DNA of 64,000 bases from Candidatus Zhuqueibacterota bacterium (GTDB lineage Bacteria > Zhuqueibacterota > Zhuqueibacteria > Oceanimicrobiales > Oceanimicrobiaceae). The first letter of the stretch is position 1; every line of letters begins with the position of its first letter. Both the position numbers and the translations under genes were made by a program. Of this stretch, positions 32,840 through 41,562 are shown piece after piece. Under the pieces are notes generated by a model. That model was not told the DNA's origin. It made no database searches and saw nothing but the letters and a program-made list of their open reading frames with translations. The stretch is taken from contig JAJDAD010000002.1 of assembly GCA_029262055.1 (NCBI GenBank), forward strand, positions 66,791 through 130,790. Reading direction: 5' to 3'.

Positions 32840-35017
32840 ATGGCAAAACAGAAAATAAAATCCGGCGGGGGCTGGCCCGCCATTCGCTATTCGTTGCAAA
32901 TGGCCGGCAAGGCAGGCGGCCTGGGAAAGTTGTACCGTTCCCTGCGCAACTCAAACACCTGCAAGACCTGTGCGTTCGGCATGGGCGGCATGCGCGGCGG
33001 CATGGTCAATGAGCTTGGCCAAAGCTGGCAGGTCTGCAAGAAATCCATGCAGGCACAGAGCCAGGATATGCAGCCCGGCATTCCGCCGGATTTTTTCGAG
33101 AAGAATTCTGTCGGTGATTTGAAGTCATTAGGCGGGCGCAAACTGGAGGCGCTGGGGAGGTTGGCACACCCTCTGTATTTACGGGCGGGGGCTACGCATT
33201 TCAAAGTGCTGTCGTGGAGCGAGGCTCTTGACAAGCTGGTCACCGCCTGGCAAGCGGCGACACCAGAGCGCAGTTTTTTTTACACCTCAGGGCGCTCCTC
33301 GATGGAGGCGGCCTTTCTGGTGCAACTGTTGGCCAGGGAGTGGGGCAGCAACAATATCAACAACTGCTCCTACTACTGTCATCAGGCGTCGGGCGTCGGT
33401 CTGGGGCAAAGCTTGGGCGGCGGCACCAGTACGGTCGAATTGCAGGATCTGCGCAAGGCGGATTTGGTGGTTCTCGTCGGTGCGAACCCCGCCAGCAACC
33501 ATCCCCGGCTGATGACCTTTCTGGTCGAGTTGCGGCGCCGGGGCGGGAAAGTCGTGGTCATCAATCCGTTCCGGGAACTCGGTCTGCAAAGATTTAACAT
33601 CCCCAGCGATCCGCGTTCGCTCCTGTTCGGCTCCGAAGTTTGCGACCTCTATCTGCAGCCGCACTGCGGTGGTGATTTGGCCCTGCTGAAAGCCGCGGCC
33701 TGCCTGCTTTGGCGCGACGGCCAGGCAGAGGTCGACTTCCTGAACAATTACACAAATCATCTGCCCGAGTTCCGGAAAGACCTGGAGTCTGAGGACGTTC
33801 ATGAACTGCTCCTGCGCTCCGGCGTGAGCCGTGAGCATTTGCAGAAGTTATGTGAGTTGTTGGCGCAATCACAGAACTCGATCTTTGCCTGGGCTATGGG
33901 GATTACCCATCACTTGCAGGGCGTTGAAAACGTGCGCGCCATTACCAACCTCGCGCTCTTGCGCGGCATGATCGGCAAACCGGGTGCAGGCCTGCTGCCG
34001 ATTCGCGGGCACAGCAATGTGCAGGGGGTCGGTACCGTGGGCGTGGTTCCCACACTGAAACCGGCCATGGCGGAAGCGTTGCTGCAGCATTTGGGCGTGC
34101 AAGTGCCGGAGCAGGCCGGCATGGATACGTTCAGTTGCATGCAGGCCGCATCTGCCGGAGCCATCGACTTCGCGCTTTTGATGGGCGGCAATCTGTATGG
34201 CGCCAACCCTGACCTGCGGTGGAGCGCACAAGCCCTGAACCGCATCGGGTTCAATGCGTATCTGAGCACAACTATGAACCCCGGTCATGTGTTCGGCACC
34301 GGCAAGGAAACGCTTATTCTGCCGGTGCGTGCGCGCGAAGAAGAGACCCAAAGCACCGCGCAGGAGAGCATGTTCAACTATGTTCGCCTTTCCAAAGGAG
34401 GAGAGCGTGCGCCGTCGGACGACCTGCTTTCCGAAAGCGAGATCCTGATCCACTGTGCCAAAGCGCTGATGGTGGGCAGCCCGCTACTGTGGGCGGAGAT
34501 GAGCAGCCACGAGACCATCCGGAAATTTATTTCAGCAACCGTACCGAATCTGGCGTCGATAAAGGACCTCGGCGCGGGCAAAGAATTTACTATTCCGCAG
34601 CGCATCAAACACACGCCGCATTTTGCAACGGACAACGGCAAAGCCAACCTCGCAATCATGACGGCGCCTGATGCCCGTCCGCCGGCGGGTTGGTTCAACC
34701 TGATGACGTTCCGGTCCGAGGGCCAGTTTAATACAATAATCTATGATGAAGAAGATATCTACCGCGGCGCAAGCCATCGGCTGGTTGTGTTCATGAACGA
34801 GGACGATATGCGCAGAGAATCGCTACTCGCAGGCCAAACAGTCTGGGTGGAAAGCGAAATCGGCAAAATGAGCGTAGAGTTGCTGCCCGCCCCGATTCGG
34901 TCCGGTAACCTCGCCATGTACTATCCGGAAGCAAATGAAATCGTGCCCGGCAAGATCGACCCGCAGTCACGCACGCCCGTGTTCAAGAAAGTCCTGGTAA
35001 AGGTGACGGCCGCATGA
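32840..35017 (+). CDS. Molybdopterin-dependent oxidoreductase alpha subunit (YdeP/FdhF-like)
   Basis: N-terminal Cys cluster CKTCAFGMGGMRGG and molybdopterin-oxidoreductase family motifs along the length. The length is about 725 aa. Confidence 0.65.
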   Translation: MAKQKIKSGGGWPAIRYSLQMAGKAGGLGKLYRSLRNSNTCKTCAFGMGGMRGGMVNELGQSWQVCKKSMQAQSQDMQPGIPPDFFEKNSVGDLKSLGGRKLEALGRLAHPLYLRAGATHFKVLSWSEALDKLVTAWQAATPERSFFYTSGRSSMEAAFLVQLLAREWGSNNINNCSYYCHQASGVGLGQSLGGGTSTVELQDLRKADLVVLVGANPASNHPRLMTFLVELRRRGGKVVVINPFRELGLQRFNIPSDPRSLLFGSEVCDLYLQPHCGGDLALLKAAACLLWRDGQAEVDFLNNYTNHLPEFRKDLESEDVHELLLRSGVSREHLQKLCELLAQSQNSIFAWAMGITHHLQGVENVRAITNLALLRGMIGKPGAGLLPIRGHSNVQGVGTVGVVPTLKPAMAEALLQHLGVQVPEQAGMDTFSCMQAASAGAIDFALLMGGNLYGANPDLRWSAQALNRIGFNAYLSTTMNPGHVFGTGKETLILPVRAREEETQSTAQESMFNYVRLSKGGERAPSDDLLSESEILIHCAKALMVGSPLLWAEMSSHETIRKFISATVPNLASIKDLGAGKEFTIPQRIKHTPHFATDNGKANLAIMTAPDARPPAGWFNLMTFRSEGQFNTIIYDEEDIYRGASHRLVVFMNEDDMRRESLLAGQTVWVESEIGKMSVELLPAPIRSGNLAMYYPEANEIVPGKIDPQSRTPVFKKVLVKVTAA

Positions 35018-35188
35018 GTCCCGCTGCAATTTTTCTCTGACAAAAGCCTCGTCATTTTGCAGACACTGATTGCTTCTTATCCCCCCAAAGCTTACATTTG
35101 ATATTCTTTCGCGCAAGCAGAGTGTGGAATGCGCGAGTCGTTAATGCTTCGCCCGTGACGGCCTTTCCTGACACAGCAACCCGTCAGT

Positions 35189-35226
35189 TCGTGCTCAGAA
35201 AGACGTTGATTGGGAAGTGAGAATAC
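35189..35226. repeat. Degenerate fragment of the repeat family A right end
   Basis: gttcgtgctcagaaagacgttgattgggaagtgagaatac resembles the consensus cgcgctcagaatgaccttgaatcgaagtgagaaat. Confidence 0.4.
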
Positions 35227-35315
35227 CGGGCGAGAATGTTAAGAATTGAGCTTGCCACCGAAAGCCTGATGTTCGCGTGCGCTTCTTTTGTGACTTCTAA
35301 CCAGGAAGAATACAG

Positions 35316-36557
35316 ATGAATCAAGATACCCCCATCAAATATTCTGAAGACCTCAGAGAACTAATTGCCAGAATGCCAAAAACCGACCTGCACGTCCATT
35401 TGGATGGCAGCGTTCGCCTGCCGACTCTGATCGAAATTGCGCAGAAGGAGAATATCGATCTGCCCAGCTATACGGTCGAGGGCCTGAACGAACTCGTCTT
35501 CAAAGATGACTACGAAAACCTCGAGGAGTATCTGAAGACTTTTGGTTATTCTTGTGCCGTCATGCAAAAGCCGGAATATTTGGAGCGCATCGCTTACGAA
35601 ATGGCGCAGGACAATCAAAGCGAAGGTGTGCGCTACATGGAAGTCCGCTTTGCGCCGCAACTACACATCAACCAGATTATGGACATGAAGACCGTCATCA
35701 AGCATGTCGATGATGGCCTGGCGCGTGCCCAGCAGGAGTTCAACAACCGCGCGGAAGTCGTGTCCGGCAAGGAGCCGCCCTTCAATTACGGCATCATCAC
35801 ATCGGCCCTGCGCTCGTTTGGCCCGTACTCGGACTACTACGCCAAGTTCATGGACGTGCACGCTTACTCTGATACCAAGACCCTGTTCGCCCTCGGCTCC
35901 CTTGAGTTGGCGCAGGGAGCGGTCAGGGTTCGCGATGAGTTGGGTTTACCCATCGTCGCTTTTGACCTGGCAGGGGCGGAGAAAGGCAACCCGGCCAAGG
36001 ATCACTGGCAGGCGTTTCAGTTTGCGCATGAGAATTTTATGGCTAAGACCGTACACGCCGGCGAGGCCTACGGGCCACCTTCGATTTTTCAGGCCATCAC
36101 CGAGCTGCACGCGGACCGCATCGGACACGGTTACTACCTGTTCGATACCACCAAAGTTGATGACAAGAAAATCGCCGACAAGAAAAAATATGTAGAAGAC
36201 CTGGCCATGTACATCGCTGAGCATCGCGTGACCATCGAAGTCAACCTGACCAGCAATTTACAAACCAATCCCGCTCTCACCAGCCTCAAAGATCATTCCT
36301 TTAAAGAGATGGTCAAACATGATTTGAGCACCTCCATTTGTACCGACAATCGCACCGTCAGCAAGACCAGCGTCACCAACGAGATTATGCTCGCGCTGGC
36401 TAATTTCGAGCTGACGCCGAGGCGGTTGAAAAATATCATCGTTTACGGCTTCAAGCGATCTTTTTTCCCGGATAGCTACTCGCGCAAACGGGAGTACGTG
36501 CGGCGCTGTATCGATTTTTACGAAGAAACGGTGAAGGGGACTGCGCTCGAGGCGTAA
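35316..36557 (+). CDS. Adenosine/AMP deaminase-family protein
   Basis: N-terminal metal-binding signature DLHVHLDGSVR. The length of 413 aa fits the PF00962 family. The stop codon lies 20 bp upstream of the NACHT-DGR target gene. Confidence 0.75.
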   Translation: MNQDTPIKYSEDLRELIARMPKTDLHVHLDGSVRLPTLIEIAQKENIDLPSYTVEGLNELVFKDDYENLEEYLKTFGYSCAVMQKPEYLERIAYEMAQDNQSEGVRYMEVRFAPQLHINQIMDMKTVIKHVDDGLARAQQEFNNRAEVVSGKEPPFNYGIITSALRSFGPYSDYYAKFMDVHAYSDTKTLFALGSLELAQGAVRVRDELGLPIVAFDLAGAEKGNPAKDHWQAFQFAHENFMAKTVHAGEAYGPPSIFQAITELHADRIGHGYYLFDTTKVDDKKIADKKKYVEDLAMYIAEHRVTIEVNLTSNLQTNPALTSLKDHSFKEMVKHDLSTSICTDNRTVSKTSVTNEIMLALANFELTPRRLKNIIVYGFKRSFFPDSYSRKREYVRRCIDFYEETVKGTALEA

Positions 36558-36577
36558 ATGAAAGGAGGGGACGTCTG

Positions 36578-39500
36578 ATGGGCAAGCTCTGCATAGGACT
36601 CTTTATCTTTGCGATTGTGTCAGTTCCTCTTTCCACGCTGCTTGCGAGGGAGGGAGGTCAGCAAGCCGACTCCTCTAAGCAACATCGTGCAAGCACAAGC
36701 GTGTCTGCGGATACTTCCTCGAAATCGCCCAAACCACTACCGGCAACTCTCCCTGAAAAATCAAAACAGAACTCAAGCGATGAAACGGACATGAATCAAA
36801 TGATGCCCTGGTTGATTGCCTTGGGTGCATTGGTGTTAGCAGTGTACCAGTACTATCGAAGAAGAACTGATACCAGAGACATGCTCCGTGATGAAATGAG
36901 GGTCAAAGACGAGTTCGAGACAAGTCAGGCGAAAGAGCGAGAGCTGACTGCGGAAGAGAGCTACCGTGCAGCCTTACACAAGGAACTCGGCAGCATAAAA
37001 ATTCTCGGTTCCCCGGACATTGACAGCCTGCCGGTAAGTCTGTTAGACTCGTTTGTCTCGCTTCGCATTTCCGAGACCTGGCGCAATGAATCGCGCTTCG
37101 ATCCCAGGAAGATGGAACGGCAACATGAGGATCGGGACCTTTCTCCGGAGGAGATCCTGCAGCGTGCTTTTCGGCAAGACCGGATGCTGGTGCTCATAGG
37201 CGAACCCGGCTCGGGCAAGACCACCCTCATGAAATTTTATGCCATGACCTGCCTGGAAGGTGGCGGCGGAAGCGCCCTCGGATTCAAGCAAGCTGTGCTG
37301 CCGCTGTACTTACCGTTGCGCGACCTCAAGTTTAAAGAAAAAGAGGATGGGATAGAATCTCTGCCGAATAACCTGGCGGCCAGGGCGGAAAAGCACGTTC
37401 TCGACATCGAGGCAAAGGAATTTTATGACTGGCTGCACAACCGGGAAACACTGGTTCTGCTGGATGGGTTGGACGAAATCAGCGATCTGAAAAAACGCAA
37501 GCAGGTCTGCAAGTGGATAGACAACACTTGCACCGGCCTTACGAAGGCCCGCTTTGTCGTGACCTCACGCTGGACCGGCTATCGCAAGGCAGAGGGCATT
37601 GAGCTGGAAACCGACCACCTGCGGGCGGACGTGCGTGACTTTTCTCGGGACCAGCAAGAGGAGTTTTTACGAAAATGGTTCCGGGCGGTATATCTGCGCG
37701 AGTATAAAGAGAGCGGAAAACCACCAGTCGATTGGCAGGAACGCCAACGTAAAAAGGCCGATCTGCGTGTCGACAAAATTCTTGGCTTCCTGAAAAGGGC
37801 CAGCAACCACAGCCTGCGCGAGCTTGGCGCCACACCAATGCTACTGCAGATCATGGCTATCCTTTGGAAAGAGCGCGACATTTTACCGGAAAGCCGTGCC
37901 TCTCTGTATGCCGCCGCACTAAACTACCTCCTGGTTTTTCGGGACAGGCGCCGAGATCTGGACCCGGTTCTGCCGGTAGACAAAGCTCGGCGCGTACTGT
38001 TGCCGACGGCCCTCTGGATGCAGGCGGAGGTTGGCAAAGATGAGGTGCCGAAAAATGATATGTACGACCAAATGCAACCGAAACTGAACAGCATGGAAGA
38101 GCAGGCTGACGCCGCCGTCTTCTGCCAAAACCTGGTTGACCGGGCTGGGCTGCTGGCAGAGTACGGCGAGGCCGATTATATCTTCCGGCACAAGTCATTT
38201 CGCGAGTATTTAGCCGGCGTGCAGCTCACCAAGGAGGAAAACAAGATAGAGTGGCTGCAGAAATTGATTGACCACTTTGGTGACGACTGGTGGGAAGAAC
38301 CTTTGCGGTTTTTTATAAATGAAGGCGACGACAAGCTGTTTGACGCTTTTATGGACTTATTTTTTACTTCCGAAATGAGTAAAGAGCTTGACCAAAAGCA
38401 GCAGGATTTGTTGCAGACCCTGGTGCGGGAGGCACCACAACGGGAACTAACCGCCCTTGCTCAGTGGCTGAATAAAAACGAAACCAATACCCAGCAGAGA
38501 AGATATATTCTGGAATGCCTTAAGACAATCGGAACTGCTGCAGCACTGGAGGAAGTCGAGAAGTACCTGGACAAGATGTTTACGAGACATGAAAAGCGTC
38601 TAAATAGACCGAGTGTGCAAGAGACTCATCAAGAGGCAAGCAGGCTGGATCCTAACTTCAAGTATGCCACTGAGATTCTTGCTGAATCAGCCAGGCGCAC
38701 GCCGGCGGTTGCCGCCAAAGGCCGGGCTCAAGTCGAGTCATCAGCAACTCTTGCTGATGACCTGTTTAGGAAATTGCCAGCTTCTTTCGTAAATGACCAC
38801 GAACAAAGCGCAGAGTATATCCTCATTCCGCCCGGCGAGTTCAAATTCTCCGTTTCAAAAAACATAGAGCCTGTACCTAATATTTACTTCGCTAAGTATC
38901 CTGTGACCAACAAGCGTTACCGCCGCTTTATCGCATACCTGAGCAACCAGCTTGACGAGCAAAGTGGCCGCCTGCCGACAGACCTGTTTTCTCAAAAGCT
39001 ATCTGAGTTTGCTGCGGGCATCAAGGACTTCACGGATTATCTGGGAACTGACCGAAATGGGTGGGCGAATAAACTACGGTCTGGGTACGATGACAACAAA
39101 CGTTTCAATCACGACGATCAACCCGTTGTCGCTGTAACCTGGTTCGCGGCGCGCGCCTACTGTTTCTGGCTGTCATGCCTGCAAGAGACTGAACTTGACC
39201 ATAAGCTGGAAGATGCAAACAAGCTGGCGAATAACTGTCGTTTGCCAACCGAGTTGGAGTGGGAGTGGGCGGCGGCCGGCCGCGAACGGGATGGCTCTTT
39301 GCGCGACTACCCGTGGCCCAAAGAAGAAGGTTCGCCAACGGACAAGCTGGCGAATTATGGTGGCACTGTTGGCGCCACTACGCCTGTAGGCCGCTACCTC
39401 GAGGGTGCAACTCCGGAAGGGTTGCTGGACATGGCAGGCAACGTTCTTGAGTGGTCGGAAAGCTGGCGCGATGAAGGCAGGAGCCGCCGGGCGCTTCGTG

Positions 39501-39613
39501 GGGGTTCGTGGGGCATTGCTACAGACTTCCTGCGGTGCTCGGCGCGCAACAGCCTCTATCCCGGCGACAGGGACGGCAATGTTGGGTTTCGAGTTGTTCG
39601 GCCCCAGTCCTAA
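36578..39613 (+). CDS. DGR target protein: membrane-anchored NACHT (STAND) NTPase with a C-terminal FGE-sulfatase/C-type-lectin-fold domain that carries the variable region
   Basis: Two N-terminal hydrophobic segments (MGKLCIGLFIFAIVSVPLSTLLA; MMPWLIALGALVLAVYQYY). NACHT Walker A LVLIGEPGSGKTTLMKF and Walker B LVLLDGLDEI. The C-terminus YPVTNKRYRRFIAY...VTWFAARAYCFW...LEWEWAAAG...LRGGSWGIATDFLRCSARNSLYPGDRDGNVGFRVV is FGE-sulfatase-like with an RGGSW-type DGR VR motif. Confidence 0.85.
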   Translation: MGKLCIGLFIFAIVSVPLSTLLAREGGQQADSSKQHRASTSVSADTSSKSPKPLPATLPEKSKQNSSDETDMNQMMPWLIALGALVLAVYQYYRRRTDTRDMLRDEMRVKDEFETSQAKERELTAEESYRAALHKELGSIKILGSPDIDSLPVSLLDSFVSLRISETWRNESRFDPRKMERQHEDRDLSPEEILQRAFRQDRMLVLIGEPGSGKTTLMKFYAMTCLEGGGGSALGFKQAVLPLYLPLRDLKFKEKEDGIESLPNNLAARAEKHVLDIEAKEFYDWLHNRETLVLLDGLDEISDLKKRKQVCKWIDNTCTGLTKARFVVTSRWTGYRKAEGIELETDHLRADVRDFSRDQQEEFLRKWFRAVYLREYKESGKPPVDWQERQRKKADLRVDKILGFLKRASNHSLRELGATPMLLQIMAILWKERDILPESRASLYAAALNYLLVFRDRRRDLDPVLPVDKARRVLLPTALWMQAEVGKDEVPKNDMYDQMQPKLNSMEEQADAAVFCQNLVDRAGLLAEYGEADYIFRHKSFREYLAGVQLTKEENKIEWLQKLIDHFGDDWWEEPLRFFINEGDDKLFDAFMDLFFTSEMSKELDQKQQDLLQTLVREAPQRELTALAQWLNKNETNTQQRRYILECLKTIGTAAALEEVEKYLDKMFTRHEKRLNRPSVQETHQEASRLDPNFKYATEILAESARRTPAVAAKGRAQVESSATLADDLFRKLPASFVNDHEQSAEYILIPPGEFKFSVSKNIEPVPNIYFAKYPVTNKRYRRFIAYLSNQLDEQSGRLPTDLFSQKLSEFAAGIKDFTDYLGTDRNGWANKLRSGYDDNKRFNHDDQPVVAVTWFAARAYCFWLSCLQETELDHKLEDANKLANNCRLPTELEWEWAAAGRERDGSLRDYPWPKEEGSPTDKLANYGGTVGATTPVGRYLEGATPEGLLDMAGNVLEWSESWRDEGRSRRALRGGSWGIATDFLRCSARNSLYPGDRDGNVGFRVVRPQS
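39487..39606 (+). repeat. DGR variable region (VR), 120 bp, the 3' end of the NACHT-FGE gene
   Basis: Identical to the TR at 40076-40195 except for about 16 positions. Every difference corresponds to an adenine in the TR. Confidence 0.9.
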
Positions 39614-39687
39614 GTTGTTGTAACTCTGTTTTCTGTCTGTCTGTTGTTCTGATCAAATGGTTTTAAAAAAAATGAGGAGGAAGCAAC

Positions 39688-40047
39688 ATGCCTAAAACCG
39701 AGATGCTCGTTATCAAAAAAGGGTATGATTTCTCGAAATGGCTATTAAATCATACCGGCAAATTTCCAAAGAGCTATCGTTTCAGTGTAGCAGCCAAGCT
39801 CGAAAACGGTATTCTTGATTTCATAGAGGCGACGACTGTAGCCAATATGAGAAGGGATAAGATATCATTCTTAACAAAGGCAGACGAGGCGCTTGCCCGG
39901 CTACGATTGTTGTTCCGGCTTAGTTACGAAATGCGGTTTATCAACCTCAAGTCATACGAATACGGAAGCCGGCAAATGGCGGAACTAGGACGGTTACTCG
40001 GCGGCTGGTTGAAGAATCCCGGTGCCGGTTTCGCAAGAACTAATTGA
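39688..40047 (+). CDS. avd: DGR accessory variability determinant (Avd; four-helix-bundle protein)
   Basis: At 119 aa the sequence MPKTEMLVIKKGYDFSKWLLNHTGKFPKSYRFSVAAKLENGILDFIEA... matches the Avd / 23S-rRNA-IVS protein family. It sits between the target gene and the TR, as in canonical DGRs. The RBS is gaggagg. Confidence 0.8.
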   Translation: MPKTEMLVIKKGYDFSKWLLNHTGKFPKSYRFSVAAKLENGILDFIEATTVANMRRDKISFLTKADEALARLRLLFRLSYEMRFINLKSYEYGSRQMAELGRLLGGWLKNPGAGFARTN

Positions 40048-40075
40048 TGAGAATAATAGGACAGGAGTCACGGTG

Positions 40076-40195
40076 ACCGGGCGCTTCGTGGGGGTTCGTG
40101 GAACAATACTACAGACAACCTGCGGTGCTCGGCGCGCAACAACAACAATCCCGACAACAGGAACAACAATGTTGGGTTTCGAGTTGTTCGGCCCC
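40076..40195 (+). repeat. DGR template repeat (TR), 120 bp
   Basis: ccgggcgcttcgtgggggttcgtggAAcAAtActacagacAAcctg...cgcgcaacAaCAaCaAtcccgAcAacaggAacAAcaatgttgggtttcgagttgttcggcccca. The Asn (AAC) codons sit at the positions that vary in the VR. Confidence 0.9.
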
Positions 40196-40338
40196 AATCA
40201 TGCCCAACCCATGCATCCTTTATGGTGCCCTACCTGATGCCGGATGGTTTCACGGAACCCCGGACTGCTGTACGGGCATGACATGCGGCTCTTGCATCCT
40301 GGGTTTGCTCGCTGCTGAGCCAGCCCGAACATAAACCA

Positions 40339-40382
40339 GGGTGGGTTTCTTTAGTAGGAAGTTTCGGACAAGAAACCCACCC
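40339..40382 (+). other. 13-bp perfect stem-loop (gggtgggtttctt...aagaaacccaccc) between the TR and the RT start codon
   Basis: A perfect inverted repeat 14 nt upstream of the RT ATG. It may be part of the DGR RNA spacer structure. Confidence 0.5.
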
Positions 40383-40395
40383 ATAATTTCGTCAG

Positions 40396-41433
40396 ATGAA
40401 GACCCATAAGCATTTATTCGACAAGATAGTAGCATTTGAGAACTTGCTTGCGGCGGCAAATAAGGCAGCGCTTGGAAAGCGGGAAAAACCATACGTTATC
40501 GAGTTCTTTGCGAAACTGGAAGAGAACCTGTTCCGGCTTCAATCAGAACTTGAACACAAAACTTACTATCCAGGCAGGTACTCAACCTTTCAAATTTACG
40601 AACCTAAACCCAGAATGATCAGCGCTGCCCCATTCCGCGATCGGATTGTGCATCACGCACTAATAAATATTATTGGCACTGGCTTGGAACGCAGTTTCAT
40701 TTTTGATACTTATTCGAATCGACTAGGAAAGGGTACGCACAAAGCTATTCGGCGTTACCAGACTTTCTTGCGGCGAAATAGTTACGTTTTGAAATGTGAT
40801 ATTAAGAAGTACTTCCCATCAATTGATCATGCTATTTTGAAATGTTTACTGAAGAAACGTATTTCTTGTGAGGCCACTCTTTGGCTAATCAACAAGATCA
40901 TCGACTTCAGTAATCCGCAAGATCCCGTTGATGATTACTTCCCGGGCGACACGCTCTTTACGCCTCAAGACCGTAGAAAAGGGCTACCGATCGGAAATTT
41001 GACGAGCCAGTTTTTCGCAAACCTCTACTTGAATCAGCTAGACCATTTTGTCAAGGAGGAGTTGAGGTGCAGAGCGTATGTCAGGTACGTAGACGATTTT
41101 GTTCTCTTTGGTGACTCGAAGCAATGCCTACGGGAATGGCGAGATTCCATAGCTATATTCTTATCTGAGTATCGTTTGAAATTGCACCCAACAAGATGCC
41201 AGATCTACCCTGCTCCGGTTGGTGGAAGATTTCTCGGACAAGTAATTTGGCGAACACATCGTCTCCTACCAGGACAAAATGTCCACCGATTCAAAAGCCG
41301 AGTGCAATCCTGGAGGACCAATCCACCCGAAAATATTGACCAACGCCTTGCTAGTTGGGTAGGTCATGCCTCGCAGGCAAATACTTTTTGCTTATTGAAA
41401 GCACAGGGATTAAGTTTAAAATCAATTGAATAA
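40396..41433 (+). CDS. DGR reverse transcriptase (group-II-intron-like RT)
   Basis: RT motifs: PFRDRIVHHALINII (motifs 1/2), the YxDD box in RAYVRYVDDFVLFGDS, and a thumb region. It sits immediately downstream of the TR. Confidence 0.88.
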   Translation: MKTHKHLFDKIVAFENLLAAANKAALGKREKPYVIEFFAKLEENLFRLQSELEHKTYYPGRYSTFQIYEPKPRMISAAPFRDRIVHHALINIIGTGLERSFIFDTYSNRLGKGTHKAIRRYQTFLRRNSYVLKCDIKKYFPSIDHAILKCLLKKRISCEATLWLINKIIDFSNPQDPVDDYFPGDTLFTPQDRRKGLPIGNLTSQFFANLYLNQLDHFVKEELRCRAYVRYVDDFVLFGDSKQCLREWRDSIAIFLSEYRLKLHPTRCQIYPAPVGGRFLGQVIWRTHRLLPGQNVHRFKSRVQSWRTNPPENIDQRLASWVGHASQANTFCLLKAQGLSLKSIE

Positions 41434-41562
41434 AAGTCCGTGCCGCAACTTTTTTCAATGAGCTACGTTTCAAAAGTCATTATCTCCGTTTTAATAACTT
41501 TAGAAAAGATAAAATCTTAGGCGTTCAGTTCTAACTCCTGAAAAAACACGAGGAGCGGTACC

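Noticed and set aside
40022-40237. ORFs spanning the TR (40022-40237 +, 39994-40197 -) and the VR reading frames (39405-39623 +, 39259-39450 +)
   Set aside because: These are translations of the DGR TR/VR repeat or frames overlapping the NACHT gene end. The TR is a non-coding template.
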